From the NCBI RefSeq assembly GCF_009914755.1, contig NC_060940.1: 64,000 nucleotides of DNA. One strand, 5' to 3'. This document shows, piece by piece, positions 1 to 18,156 of the stretch; within the stretch, counting starts at the first letter, position 1; each line of letters starts with the position of its first letter. This stretch comes from the human T2T-CHM13v2.0 reference genome, Homo sapiens. The notes beneath the pieces are model-generated. The model was not told the origin of the DNA. It made no database searches and was given only the letters and a program-made list of their open reading frames with translations. A program made the position numbers and the translations under genes.

Positions 1-537
<537 letters not shown>

Positions 538-689
538 CTACAGCAGTCAGACAGAGCATACAAAAGCATGGAGTGAACCAGTTCTAGGGAGAGGTGAGGA
601 CCATGTCAAACTGGAGAGCACACCCCATGTCTAAATGGGGCAGCCCTACTAAGTAACTTTCAGCCAATTTCTGCCAAGGAATGCAAGTT

Positions 690-785
690 CAGTGTTGCCA
701 GATCTGCTGACTTCTCAGGAGAAATAGAAAATCCTGATTTTCAAGTTCGATCTGCTACTTTTTAAATGTTGGCAAACAAATCAAA
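690..785. mobile_element. MER103-like hAT relic (similar pieces at ~12205-12275, ~21185-21262, ~54660-54745)
   Basis: GTTGCCAGATCT..GAAAATCCTGATTTT..TTTTTAAATGTTGGCAA; family name from memory. Confidence 0.5.
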
Positions 786-939
786 TCCAAATGAGCCTGG
801 GGCATCTTGTTGGGCTGGAAAGCAAAGAAGCTTATCAAAGACTATGCGAGTTCATGGTCCCATCAGAAGGACACAGAGGTAGCCTGGCAGGGCTCCCACT
901 TGCTCAATTTGGACCATTTTTTAGTATCAAAAAGAAAGA

Positions 940-1085
940 ATGAATAATCCTGGAACAGAAAAAACACATTAGTGGAGAAACTGGTAACATTTAAATAAAG
1001 TCTAGAGTTTGGTTAATAGTAATGTATGAACATTGGTTTCTCACTTTTGTCAAAGGTACCATATGGTCATGTTAGACGTTAAGAA
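940..1085 (+). mobile_element. Old L1M (L1MC/ME-type) 3' fragment
   Basis: ATCCTGGAACAGAAAAA..CATTAGTGGA..AAACTGGT..GTTAATAGTAATGTA. Confidence 0.6.
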
Positions 1086-1089
1086 GTTA

Positions 1090-1366
1090 AGACTCTCACT
1101 CTGTCACCCAGGCTGGAATGCCATGATGTGATCATTGCTCACTGCATCCTCAGTCTCCTGGGCTCAAGCTATCCTCTTGTCTCAGCCTCCCCAGTAGCTG
1201 GGACTACAGGTGTGCACCACCACACCCAGCTAATTTTTTATTTTTTGTAGAGGTAGGGCCTCGCTATGTTGTCCAGGCTGGTCTCAAACTCATGGCCTCA
1301 AGTGATCCTTCTGCCTCAGGCTCCCAAAGTGCTGAGATTACAGGCATGAACTAGTGCACCCAGCCT
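1090..1366 (-). mobile_element. AluJ
   Basis: Antisense Alu with CCTGGGCTCAAG J-type features. Confidence 0.9.
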
Positions 1367-1396
1367 AAAAAAATATGTTTTAAAAAATAATAAATG

Positions 1397-1530
1397 GGCC
1401 AGGCATGGTGGCTTATATGTGTAATCCTAGCACTTGGGCAGGCCAAAGCAGGAGACTCACTTGAGCCCGGGAGTTGAAGAACAGCCTGGCCAACATAGCA
1501 AGACTCTATCTGTACAGAAAATTTTTAATT
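1397..1530 (+). mobile_element. FLAM/Alu left monomer
   Basis: Single Alu arm. Confidence 0.85.
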
Positions 1531-1585
1531 AGCAAGAGTAAAAAAACAATAATAATAAAAAAAAATAATAAAAAATACAATAATA

Positions 1586-2690
<1,105 letters not shown>

Positions 2691-2695
2691 ATCAA

Positions 2696-2830
2696 GCCAG
2701 GAGCCTGATTACAAGTGGCTCACACATGTAATCCCAGCACTTTGGGAGGCTGAGGCAGGCTATTGCTTGAACCCAGGAGTTCAAGACCAGCCCTGGCAAC
2801 ACAGAAAGAGCCCGTCTCTATTAAAAGTAA
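2696..2830 (+). mobile_element. FLAM/Alu left monomer
   Basis: Single Alu arm. Confidence 0.8.
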
Positions 2831-2841
2831 ATTTTATTTAG

Positions 2842-3197
<356 letters not shown>

Positions 3198-3344
3198 CAA
3201 AAATTAATTTTTTTAAAAAAGAGAGAGATATGATAAAATGCAATTTGTGAACATTGACTGGGTCTCGGTTTAAACCAATGGTAAAAGACATTTTGAGGGT
3301 GACCGGGGAAATGCTAATATGAGGAATTACATGTTAATAAAGAT

Positions 3345-3648
3345 CCTGTAATCCCAACACTTTGGGAGGCTGAGGTGGGGGGATCATTTGAGCCTAGGAG
3401 TTCAAGACCAGCCTGGGCAATAGAGCAAATCCCTGTCACTACAAACAGTAAAAAATAATACTACAAAAATTAGCCAGCCATGATAGCACGCACCTGTAGT
3501 CCCAGGGGGTGGCCTACAGATCCACCTCCTGGAGGATGAGGAAGGAGGATCACCTGAGCCCGGGGAGGTTGAGGCTCCAGTGAGCTATGATTATACCACC
3601 ACAATCCAGCCTGAATGACAGAGTGACACTCAGTCTAAAAATAGAAAA
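3345..3648 (+). mobile_element. AluJ, 5'-truncated, small internal insertion
   Basis: Starts at CCTGTAATCCCA; extra ~20 nt at 3505-3525. Confidence 0.9.
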
Positions 3649-3705
3649 GATCTGGGGTTCATTTTGTTTTGTGACATGATGGTATTGTAACTAAGTAGCG
3701 TTTCC

Positions 3706-3775
3706 TTTTTTTTTTTTTTAAGAGATGGGGTCTCGCTATGTAGCCCAGGCTGGTCTCCAAACTCCTGGGTTGAAG
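3706..3775 (-). mobile_element. Antisense Alu/FLAM fragment fused to the next Alu
   Basis: polyT-AGAGATGGGGTCTCGCTATG..CTCCTGGG. Confidence 0.85.
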
Positions 3776-4070
3776 CAGTGACTCACACCTGTAATCCCAG
3801 CATTTTGGGAAGCCGAGGTAGGCTGATTGCTTGAGCCCAGGAGTTCAGGACTATCCTGGGCAACATGGTGAAACCCCATCTCTACAAAAAAAAAAAAAAA
3901 TTAGCTGGGCATGGTGGTGTGTGCCTGTAGTCCCAGCTGCTTGGTGGGCTGAGGTGGAAGCATCACTTGAGCCCTGGTTGAGGCTGCAGTGAGCTGACAT
4001 TGCGCCACTTTACTCCAGCCTGTGTGACAAAGTGAGACCCTGTCTAGACCCTGTCTCAAAAAACAAAAAA
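3776..4070 (+). mobile_element. AluJ
   Basis: Dimeric Alu. Confidence 0.9.
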
Positions 4071-4250
4071 GTTGCAAAGTATGGATTTTTTTTTCTTCTT
4101 TTATTAGCTAGGATATATCTATAAAAGAAAACTGCCCCCGTATCAGTTATATGACTACCCTCAGATTCCATTTGTATAGGACAGCCAGAATACATTCTTG
4201 ACTCTCTCCTTTTAATTACAAATTTTCAAAATAATAAGTCAGTTCCCTAG

Positions 4251-5060
4251 TGTATTAGCTGACTATTGCCACGTAGCAAATTACCACACTTAGTGGCTTA
4301 AAACATTACTCATTTATTACGTGACAGTTTCTGCCAGTCAGGAACCCCAGCAAGGCTTAGCTGTGAGCTCTGCTTTGTGGTCTCTCATGGTGCTGTGATC
4401 AAGGTGTCTGCTGGGGCCAGGTGCAGTGGCTCACACCTGTAAATCTCAGCACTTTGGGAGGCCAAGGTGGGAGGATTGCTTGAGCCCAGCAGTTTAAGAC
4501 CAGCCTGAGCAACATGGCGAAACCCTGCCTCTACAAAAAATAATTGTAAAAAATGAGCCAGGTGTGGTGGTACCCACCTGTGGTCCCAGCTACTCAGGAA
4601 GCTGAGGTAGGAGGATTGCTTGAGATGGGGAGGTCAAGGCTCCAGTGAGCTCTGATCACACCACTGCACTCTAGCCTGGGTGATAGAGTGAATGTCTGCT
4701 AGGACTTGGGTCTCATTTAAAGGCTCGACTGGGGAAAGGTGGTTGTTAGCAGGATTCAGTTCCTCAAGAGTTGTTGGACTCGGGGCCTCAGTTCCTGTCT
4801 GGTTTTTGCCCGGAAGCCACTCTCAGTTTCTTGCCATGTGACCCTCCCAGCATAGTAACTTGCTTCATCAAAGGCAGCAAGGGAGGGTGCTAGCAAGACA
4901 GCAGTGAGCAACTTACATAGCCTAATCACAGAAATGACATCCCATCACCCTTGCCATCTTCGATGATTAGAAGCAAGCCACTAGATCAGCCTCCCCATAC
5001 AGGGGTGTTGACACCAGCAGGCGGAATCACTGGGGGCACCTTAGAGCCTACCGGCCACAC
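4251..5060 (-). mobile_element. MLT1 (MLT1F-like) MaLR LTR split by an Alu
   Basis: TGTATTAG..AAATTACCAC..CTTAGTGGCTTAAAACA..CATTTATT; GGATTCAGTTCCT; AGAAGCAAG.CACTAG. Confidence 0.8.
4415..4692 (+). mobile_element. AluJ lacking a poly(A) tail
   Basis: Ends at GATAGAGTGA; flanked by TGTCTGCT(G/A)GG. Confidence 0.9.
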
Positions 5061-5156
5061 CTAGCACCCTTCGAAGATGACTGAGGAGTGTCACTCTGTT
5101 TCTTTAATATGGCTTGAGTCATAGAAGGATTATTCTGGCTCTGTGTGGAGACTCTA

Positions 5157-5462
<306 letters not shown>

Positions 5463-5567
5463 ATCCCTCCCCAACCTCAAATATAGAACCAGAGAGAAAG
5501 GATGGAATCAAATGGACCTACTGTAGGCATCCCCACAGCTTTACTGTTTACTACTCCAATATTTAAC

Positions 5568-5875
<308 letters not shown>

Positions 5876-5994
5876 TAACATTTCAATATGATCAAAACCT
5901 CACAAATGAAGTAAAAAGGCAAGAAACAGGCTGGGGGAAAACAACAGACAATGGATTTGACTTTTAGAACATGCACCCAGTAGAAATCTGCACG

Positions 5995-6165
5995 TCTCCG
6001 TTTTTTTCCCCTATAAAATGAGGCCGATAGTCTCTGTCTCACTGGGCTATTGTGAGGATTAAGAGAGTTAGTAGATAGAAAATGTTTAAGACGATGGCTG
6101 GCACAGTTAAGTGCTACCTAAGTGTAAGCACTTGCCACTTGCTGCTGCTACTATTATTGTTATTG
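5995..6165 (+). mobile_element. MIR
   Basis: CTATAAAATGAGG..TTGTGAGGATTAA..TGGCACAG core. Confidence 0.75.
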
Positions 6166-6203
6166 AAATTATTATTAGCAACACTTATGTGATCAAACTC
6201 TAG

Positions 6204-6498
6204 GTTTTGTTTCTTTTGGAGTCAGGGTTTCACTCTGTCACCAGGCTGGAGTGCAGTGGCGCTGATCATGGCTCACTGCAGCCTCAACCTCCTGGGCTCA
6301 AGTGATTCTCCCACCTCAGCCTCCCGAGTAGCTGGGACTACACGTGTGCACCACCATGTCTAGCTACTTTTTCTGTTTGTTGTAGAGACCAGGTCTTGCT
6401 ACGTTGCCCAGGCTGTTCTCAAACGCCTGGACTCAAGCAATCCTCTTGCCTTGGCATTCCAAGTGCCGGGATTACAGGCACGAGCCATAGCACCCCTC
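6204..6498 (-). mobile_element. AluJ
   Basis: Antisense Alu, TSD AAACTCTAG. Confidence 0.9.
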
Positions 6499-6909
6499 CT
6501 AAACTCTAGCTTTTAAGGCCCCATAACTGTTGACTTCTTCAAGACTGTTTATTTCTAAACCCCTACGTGTAAAAAATTTAATTTTAATTAAAAAAAATTA
6601 GACTTTCTGGCTCGTATTCAGCTGTAAACCCTCACTAGCTAGAAAGGTGTTCTCTTTTAGTAGACCAAACCTAGTGAAGGTCTCTTATTTTCCTTCCCAG
6701 CACGAACCAGTGATTTCAGGCCACTTAAGTAGCAATTAAAAGTTTCGAAAGTTTTGAAAGTGAATCTGACTCATTAAGCATACAATTGTCTGAAAGACTT
6801 GGTCATAAATGAAAGCAAGCCCCTCCTATTCTTTTTAAAGACATAAGCACTGTTTAATAGGGTTTTTAATTTTTTAATTACCTAAGTGATATCTGACCAC
6901 ACACCTTAA

Positions 6910-7256
<347 letters not shown>

Positions 7257-7337
7257 AACCACATATTTATCCCCATTCCCTCCCTTTCTTTCCAGAATTT
7301 GATATGTATCCTACTGTAATTTTTGTTCTACATTTTT

Positions 7338-7397
7338 TATATATCCATATATATATGTGTGTGTGTAAGTGTGTGTGTGTGTGTGTGTGTGTGTGTA
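7338..7397. repeat. (TA)n(TG)n microsatellite
   Basis: Direct reading. Confidence 0.9.
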
Positions 7398-7454
7398 GGT
7401 ATACATACCCATTAAATATTTAGTTTGTATCCTTCTAAAACATTGTCTCTGCAT

Positions 7455-7773
7455 TTATTTTATTTATTTTTTATTATATTTTTTTGAGACAGGGTCTCGC
7501 TCTGTTGCCCAGGCTGGAATGTAGTGGTGAGATAATGGCTCACTGCACCCATAACCTCCGAGGTTTGGGCGATCCTCTTGCCTCAGTGTTTCAAGTACCT
7601 GAGACCACAGGCACGCACCACCACCACGCAGCTAATTTTTTTTTTTTTTTTTTAGTAGAGACGGGGTTTCACCATGTTGCCCAGGCTGGTCTCCAACTCC
7701 TGGACTCAAGCCATCCTCCCACCTCGGCCTCCCAAAGTGCTGGGTTTACAGGCGTGAGCTACCGCACCCAACC
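7455..7773 (-). mobile_element. AluJ
   Basis: Antisense Alu, TSD TGTCTCTGCATTTA. Confidence 0.9.
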
Positions 7774-8046
7774 TGTGTCTCTGCATTTATATAAATAAAT
7801 ATATATACCCATTTAAATGTATTCTATTGTTTTACAAGGTTTTGTGTAAATACTGTAATGTTATATTGTAGCCGTTGTTCTGCAACTTGTTTTTTTCTCT
7901 CACGCCCCACATCCAATTCTTCAGCAAATTACGTCAACTCTTCCTGGGCACTGTATCCAGAATCTGGGCACCTCCACGGCTTTCACCCTGCCCCCTGCTC
8001 TGCCCTTGGCACCCTTAGTTCATCTTAGTTCATTCTCAGCAATCCC

Positions 8047-8389
<343 letters not shown>

Positions 8390-8399
8390 AATCCCTTTT

Positions 8400-8712
<313 letters not shown>

Positions 8713-8727
8713 TGAGACTTATAATGT

Positions 8728-9035
8728 TTGGGTGCAGTGGCTCACGCCTGTAATCCTAGCACTTTGGGAGCCCGAGGTGGGTGGATCACTTGAGGTCAGG
8801 AGTTCGAGACCAGCCCAGCTAACACGGTGAAACCCCGTCTCTACTAAAAATACAAACATTAGCGAGGCATGGTGCTGGGTGCCTGTAATCCCAGGTACTC
8901 AGGAAGCTGAAGCATGAGAATTGCTTGAACCCGGGAGGTGAAGTTTGCAGCGAGCCGAGACTGCGCCACTGTACTCCAGTCTGGGCAATACAGGGAGACT
9001 CATTCTCAAAAAAAAAAAAAAAAAAAAAAAAAAAA
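8728..9035 (+). mobile_element. AluS
   Basis: Dimeric Alu, long poly(A), TSD AGTGAGACTTA(T/C)AAT. Confidence 0.95.
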
Positions 9036-9059
9036 GTGAGACTTACAATCTTTCAGTCA

Positions 9060-9895
<836 letters not shown>

Positions 9896-9963
9896 AATTT
9901 TCCAGTCAGATTACATCACCCCAAACCTTCTCAAGGATCCCACCTCACTCTGATTCAAGACTA

Positions 9964-10579
<616 letters not shown>

Positions 10580-10603
10580 TCATCCTATTTAAAGCTCAAC
10601 CTC

Positions 10604-10907
<304 letters not shown>

Positions 10908-11102
10908 CTTCAACCTCCACTCCTCTCCTCTGGCCTGCATTTGTTTTTCTGTATAGCCATTATTACCATCTAGAAGTTCTTTATCTTGCTTGTGTTTTGT
11001 CTGTCTCCTCTCACTAGAATGCAAGCTCCACAAGGGTAGGAGTTTTTGCCTTGTTGACCGGTGTATCTCTAGTGCCCAGAACACAAAATCAGTGATCATT
11101 AA

Positions 11103-11545
<443 letters not shown>

Positions 11546-12611
11546 TGGCCTTACTTCATTCTTTTTTATTACCTCAGAGAATTCAGCAGTTTGAAAATGA
11601 CAGAATATATATTATCATTCATTTCACCCCTGCACGTTTAGGAAGTTCTTAGGGTAGTACAGTGTTAGAGCCTTTTAAAGTCTCCAAGCCTCAACTGAAC
11701 GTTCTCAGGGTTTCCAGATGCAGCTGAAAACCTGCATGGCAAAATCACAGTTTGTTCCCAGATCCTCCTCTTCCCCAGGTCAAGGCCCTAGGAGCTGATT
11801 AAATTTTTAGTCTGAGCGAGCGGGAAGAGAAAAATGGAAAAGTATGCGCTCTGAGCTGCCAGGTGAGTCCTGAGCGTCAGGCTGGCTGCACCCTGTGTGA
11901 TCTGGGGCTCTGCGGTTGGATTTCTGGGAACAATGTGAAAAAACTGCCAAGCTTGGTAGTGGCTGGAGGCTTTTGTGGCCAATTGGCCGGGCTGAAGGAG
12001 AAGTCGGGCTGAAGGAGAAGTCAGACTGAGGTGACCCAGACGTACCAGGAGTAGAGGCCCCACACTCAGTTCCCCTTGGGGCAGAAACAAGAGGCCCAGG
12101 CTGGGTATGGGACTCAGGGAGGTGGGGGGCGCCACGGGGATCCAGAGAACTGAGGCCATCCAAGCCAAGCAGGAATAGGAGCCTCTCATCTCACCAATTC
12201 TCCTGACTGCTTATTTTCCAGAAAATCGGGAAATTGGCCTTTGTATGTTATTTTCTGATTTTTAAACATTGGTTTGAAAATCTAAAATGTACCAGGTTAA
12301 CAAAAGCTGGATCTCTCCGGTCCCCTACCCACCCCACTCGAGGGCTGTCAGTTTGCAACTGTGCAGTTTAGCAAAACATTTCAGAACATGGACTTTGGTT
12401 TTGTTCTTTGGGCTTTGTGGCTGTTAGGGCAAGTTCCTTGACACCTCCAGGTCTGTGAAATGGGAACAAAAATTTAAAGGGCTGGGAAATATTGGAGACA
12501 GAAAGAGGGATAACAAAAAGGACATGGATCGTGTCAGCTGGCGTGTTTTGGTCACAGGCAGGGAAGCACCCGGAGCTTGCTGTGGCCTCGGGCAATGAGA
12601 TCGAAGATCAG

Positions 12612-12918
12612 AGGACGGGCGCAGTGCCTCAGGCCTGTAATCCCAGCCCTTTGGGAGGCCAAGGCGGGCAGATCACGGGGTCAGGAGATCGGGACCATTC
12701 TGGCCAATATAGTGAAACCCCGTCTCTACTAAAATACAAAAAATTAGCTGGGCTTGGTGAGGCGCACAACTCAGGAGGCTGAGGCAGGGGAATCGCTTTA
12801 ACCCAGGAGGCAGAGGTTGCAGTGAGCCCAGATCTCGCCACTGCACTCCAGCCTGGCCACAGAGCAAGACTCCATCTCAAAACAAAAAAAAAAAAAAAAA
12901 GAGAGAGAGAGAGAGAAA
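12612..12918 (+). mobile_element. AluSc/Y-type with small right-arm deletion, A/(GA)n tail
   Basis: GATCACGGGGTCAGGAGATCG. Confidence 0.9.
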
Positions 12919-13002
12919 TTGAAGATCAGGGATCTGCCTTTGATCAATGGAATAAGGATTCCACCAACCCAGCCAGAGACCCAGCGCCTGGGGGCCTCCG
13001 GA

Positions 13003-13016
13003 CCTGTAGGTGGCAC
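13003..13016 (+). promoter_or_regulatory. Candidate CTCF core motif
   Basis: CCTGTAGGTGGCAC matches CCASYAGRKGGCRS at 13/14 positions. Confidence 0.4.
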
Positions 13017-13274
13017 TGCATCTCTGAGATTGTCCTTAACCCTCTGTCTCAGGAGGGTAGCACATGCCTCAAGCCATGGCTTCCCTTTCAGGACTTAGGC
13101 AGGCAGTTGCCTATCTGAGCCTCACTCACTGTTGGACTTAACATTTGTGCTTGTTGTTGTTTACATTCTCAGTTTAGAGCCAGACATTCCAGTCTGTCAA
13201 GATTCTGCAAATGGATGTATTAGCTATTCCTCCTCACTTCCTTCTTTTGCAATTTGGATACAATTTTCACCAGA

Positions 13275-13750
13275 ATCGGCCAGGAGTCTTTTGGTTGCAA
13301 GCAACAGATACCCCAAGATGGCTTAGCAAAAAGGAAATTTATAGTCTTATGCATCTGAAATGTGCAGGAGGTAGGGCTAACTTCTGGTATGTTTTTGGTT
13401 GGGTCAAACAATGATATCGGGACCTAGTTTCTCTTTGTCATCTTTCTGGGTGGAATGCATTATTATACAGCCTCTTCCAAAATATAGCTCCCCATCTGAA
13501 CAACTCCCAAGCCAGCAAAACTCCCTGAGAGCTCAATGAAAGAGTCCTTGAATAGAGTTTCACCAACCATAGTTAATCTGACTTGGGTCATATCCCATAT
13601 ATGAACAAATTACTATCCTAAGAGGAATACAAAATGCTAATTAATAGGCCTGGGCCATATCCACCCTGAATGGGGTGGTAATGAATGAAGTCAACACCCC
13701 TAAGATCAAAATACAGATGAGGGGTGAAAAAGGAGTGGTGACCCCAGAGC
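13275..13750 (-). mobile_element. Old MLT1 (MLT1J/K-like) LTR
   Basis: TTTTGGTTGCAAGCAACAGA..TGGCTTAGCAAAAAGGAAATTTAT. Confidence 0.6.
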
Positions 13751-14149
13751 TAAACTAAGTGCAGTTACCTGAAGTAGAATGAATGGATGTTTGGTGTCCC
13801 CAACTCTCCCACACCCCCAAAAAAGAATATTCACCTTGTCTTCTATGCAAAGTATTGTGTGAGATGGTGGTTATAAAGGGTAATATGGCTTCAACATCTA
13901 ACATCTCATGGATTTCTAGGGCTAGATTGGCTGATCTCATCTCCTAGAATTGCACTAACCCAAAGAAAGCAAAAGGACTGTCTTTCCACAATACTACAAA
14001 AATATTCAATAGAACATTTTTTGGGGGGTCCCTGAGAGACCTCCCAAACCAGTCATTAACCCTTTCAGACGTGAATTCATCTGACTGTGCCATAATTTAA
14101 CCCATGAATCTTCATCCATAAAAAGAGTTTTTTAAAATTTGGCCAAATT

Positions 14150-14525
14150 AATGCAGGGCAGGTTCTTGGCTTCATTCAGGAAGGAATTCAAGAGCCAGCT
14201 AGCTGGTGGTGGAAGAAAATGCCTTATTGAGGCAGCAGCAGTGTTAGGCTCTGTCCCTGCTCCTGCAGAGCAAGGCTACCCCATGACGGCCAGAGCAGCC
14301 TAGCAGTCATATTTATACCCACTTTTAATGACATGCTAATTAAGGGGGCAGGTTATTCAGAGATAGCTAGAAAATGGGCGGTAACTTCCCGGCGTTGCCA
14401 TGACAATGGTAAACTATAATGGCACTGATGGCCTTGTTTCATGGAGAGGTGCTGTTGGTGCCTCTTCCGTGTTTGGCCAGTATTCAAACTTATCCAGAGT
14501 CAAGTTTTGCCTACTTCCTACCTCA
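14150..14525 (-). mobile_element. ERV1-class (MER4-group) solo LTR
   Basis: TTCTTGGCTTCATTCAGGAAGGAATTCAAGAG..CAGTCATATTTATACCCACTTTTAA..GTTGCCATGACAATGGTAAACT..ends CCTACCTCA. Confidence 0.7.
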
Positions 14526-14788
14526 AAACGATCCACAGTTCTAAACAGCTGGCTAAAGTCCATATGGATGCTGTCTAATGGTGTCAGACTGTAGACCCTA
14601 ATAAAAAGGGGAAACAAGTTGGTTTTCTCCTCAGGAGGCCAAGTTAACTACAGAACACAACACTCTTTGTTCATAGTTGCTTAAACATTCATGCCTTAAA
14701 ACTTGCCAGCCTAACATCAACCAGTCTGGAGTTCCCAGACATCCCAAAACTCCAACTCTCCAACAATGGAAATCATGACACAGAATGA

Positions 14789-15319
<531 letters not shown>

Positions 15320-15489
15320 CACCTGGGAAGCATTGATTTTCAAAGTGAGGTCCACAGACCCCTGGGAGGTCCCAGAGATCCTTTCAGGAGAAACTGTGAG
15401 GTCAAAATCACTTTCATAAGAATCCTAAGATGTTATTTGCCTTTTTCACCTGTGGACATTTTCCCTGACAGTGCAAAAGCAATGGTAGG

Positions 15490-16263
15490 TCATCACTGGT
15501 CATTACAGAAATGCAAATCAAAACCACAATGAGATACCATCTCACACCAGTTAGAATGGCAATCATTAAAAAGTCAGGAAACAACAGATGCTGGAGAGGA
15601 TGTGGAGAAATAGGAACGCTTTTACACTGTTGGTTGGAGTGTAAATTAGTTCAACCATTGTGGAAGACAGTATCGCGATTCCTCAAGGATCTAGAACAAG
15701 AAATACCATTTGACTCAGCAGTCCCGTTACTGGGTATATACCCAAAGGATTATAAATCATGCTGCTATAAAGACACATGCACATGTATGTTTATTGCGGC
15801 ACTATTCACAATAGCAAAGACTTGGAACCAACCCAAATGCCCATCAATGATAGACTGGATAAAGAAAATGTGGCACATATACACCATGAAATACTATGCA
15901 GCCATAAAAAAGGATGAGTTCATGTCCTTTGCAGGGACATGGATGAAGCTGGAAACCATCACTCTCAGCAAACTGACACAGGAACAGAAAACCAAACACT
16001 GCATGTTCTCACTCATAAGTGGGAGTTGAACAATGAGAACACATGGACACAGGGAGGGGAGCATCACACACCAGAGCCTGTCAGGGGGTGGAGGGCTAGG
16101 GGACGGAGAGCATTAGGAGAAATACCTAATGTAGATGATGGGTTGATGGGTGCAGCAAACCACCATGGCACGTGTATACCTGTGTAACAAACCTGCACGT
16201 TCTGCACATGTATCCCAGAACTTAAAGTATAATAATAATAAATAAAAAAGACTGAAAAAAAAA
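15490..16263 (+). mobile_element. 5'-truncated L1PA (PA5-7-like): ORF2 C-terminus, 3'UTR and tail
   Basis: ORF 15511-16029 [39 protein letters not shown] is the L1 ORF2p C-terminus; TSD AAAAGCAATGGT(A/G)GGTCA at 15475-15492 and 16260-16277. Confidence 0.95.
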
Positions 16264-16446
16264 GCAATGGTGGGTCAAGTTATATGAAGCTGAATTTACT
16301 TCATTTACTTCAACTAAAACAACAGATTGCAGCCGACTGAATACGAGAATCCAGCTGTCTCTTATTAAGCCAAGCATTAAAGAGATTTGCAAAAATGCTA
16401 AACAGTGCCCTTCCCACTGATTTTTTTTTTTTGAAAAATATTTTTC

Positions 16447-16740
16447 AGCCAGGCATGATGGCTCACACCTGTTATCTCAGCTCTTTGGGAGGCTGAAGTG
16501 GGAAGATTGCTTGAGGCCAGGTATTTGAGACCAGCTTGGGTAACACAGCAAGACTTTGTCTCCAGAAAAATAAACTTTTTTTAATTAGCCGGAAGCAGTG
16601 GCACACACACCTTGTAGTCCCAGCTAAGGCAGGAAGATGGCTTGAGCCCAAGAGTTTGAGGCTGCAGGGGTCACACCACTGCGCTCTAGCCTGGGCAACA
16701 AATTGAGACCCTGTCTCTCTTTACCAAAAAAAGAAAAAAA
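16447..16740 (+). mobile_element. AluJ
   Basis: Dimeric Alu. Confidence 0.9.
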
Positions 16741-16883
16741 TTGTAAAAAAGCCTTTTATTTATGTCAACAAGTAGTGGGTTTATTATAGTGTAATGCATT
16801 AATAAATATTTTTAGGTATCAGTTTTAGTTTCTCATATGGAAAGTATCATTATATAAACAAAATAACATATATGTGTTAAAAA

Positions 16884-16887
<4 letters not shown>

Positions 16888-16914
<27 letters not shown>
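16888..16914. repeat. (TG)n
   Basis: Direct reading. Confidence 0.9.
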
Positions 16915-16974
16915 ATTCCACATAAACAAAAAGTCTCAGGTATTCTGTAATTTTTAAAAGTACAGAAGATTCCT

Positions 16975-17360
<386 letters not shown>

Positions 17361-18156
17361 TACAAAAGATTCCTAAGACCAAAAATTTTGAGAATGACTG
17401 CATTAAGACAATCTATGGAGAAATATACAGGAAACTAAGTGTTAAGGATATTGGCAAGAAAGTGGCTGAAATGATAGTCCTGAAACCTTGACTTGATGAG
17501 AAGAGAAAAGAAAAGGAAGGGAAGATTCGAGGAAATGCGCAAGGCCCGCCAGTGCCCTGAGGCTAGAGCACAGGTGTAGTGGGCACTCCAGAGGGGGCCA
17601 GAGTTCCCAATCTCGGGGTGGGCTGTTTGAATTTCTAATGCAAAGATAGGACCTATCGGGGATGACTGAGATCTGGGAGGTCTCCACCTTGGTGGAGGTG
17701 GAAGAGGCGGAGGGAAGAACGTTCCTGGGAAAAGTGGCTGCATATGTCCCCCTAAAGTCACCAACTTGCCCAGAGGACACTGTGTCTGCAGGGGTGTGGA
17801 TGTGATGGGGGCGCGCCTGTACTGGTGAGCGCGATGCTTCGCCTAGGTGAACGGGACAGGTACACGCGTGGGGTGGGATGGAGTGTTCATATATGTGGCT
17901 TGTGATATGTACTGAGGGGACGTGGGGTACACTCGGATGAGGGGTCTGTGGACATATTCGTGGCGCATGTGGGTATCGCTGGTGTCCCGAGGTGGGGAGG
18001 GAGAATGCGGAGCGCGTGCGTGCGGGGGGCGTCCAGTGTCCCTGAACCTGGCGTGTGGGGGCTGGAGCTTATTGGGAGGCGAGGGAGGTGGCCAGGGGAG
18101 CCGGGACCGTGCGTGTGGCCAGGCCGGTAGCGCCCAGTAAGCTCCACCCGCGGGCG

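Noticed and set aside
15511-16029. 172-aa open frame resembling a zinc-knuckle protein
   Set aside because: C-terminus of L1 ORF2p in a 5'-truncated L1PA with TSDs; not a host gene
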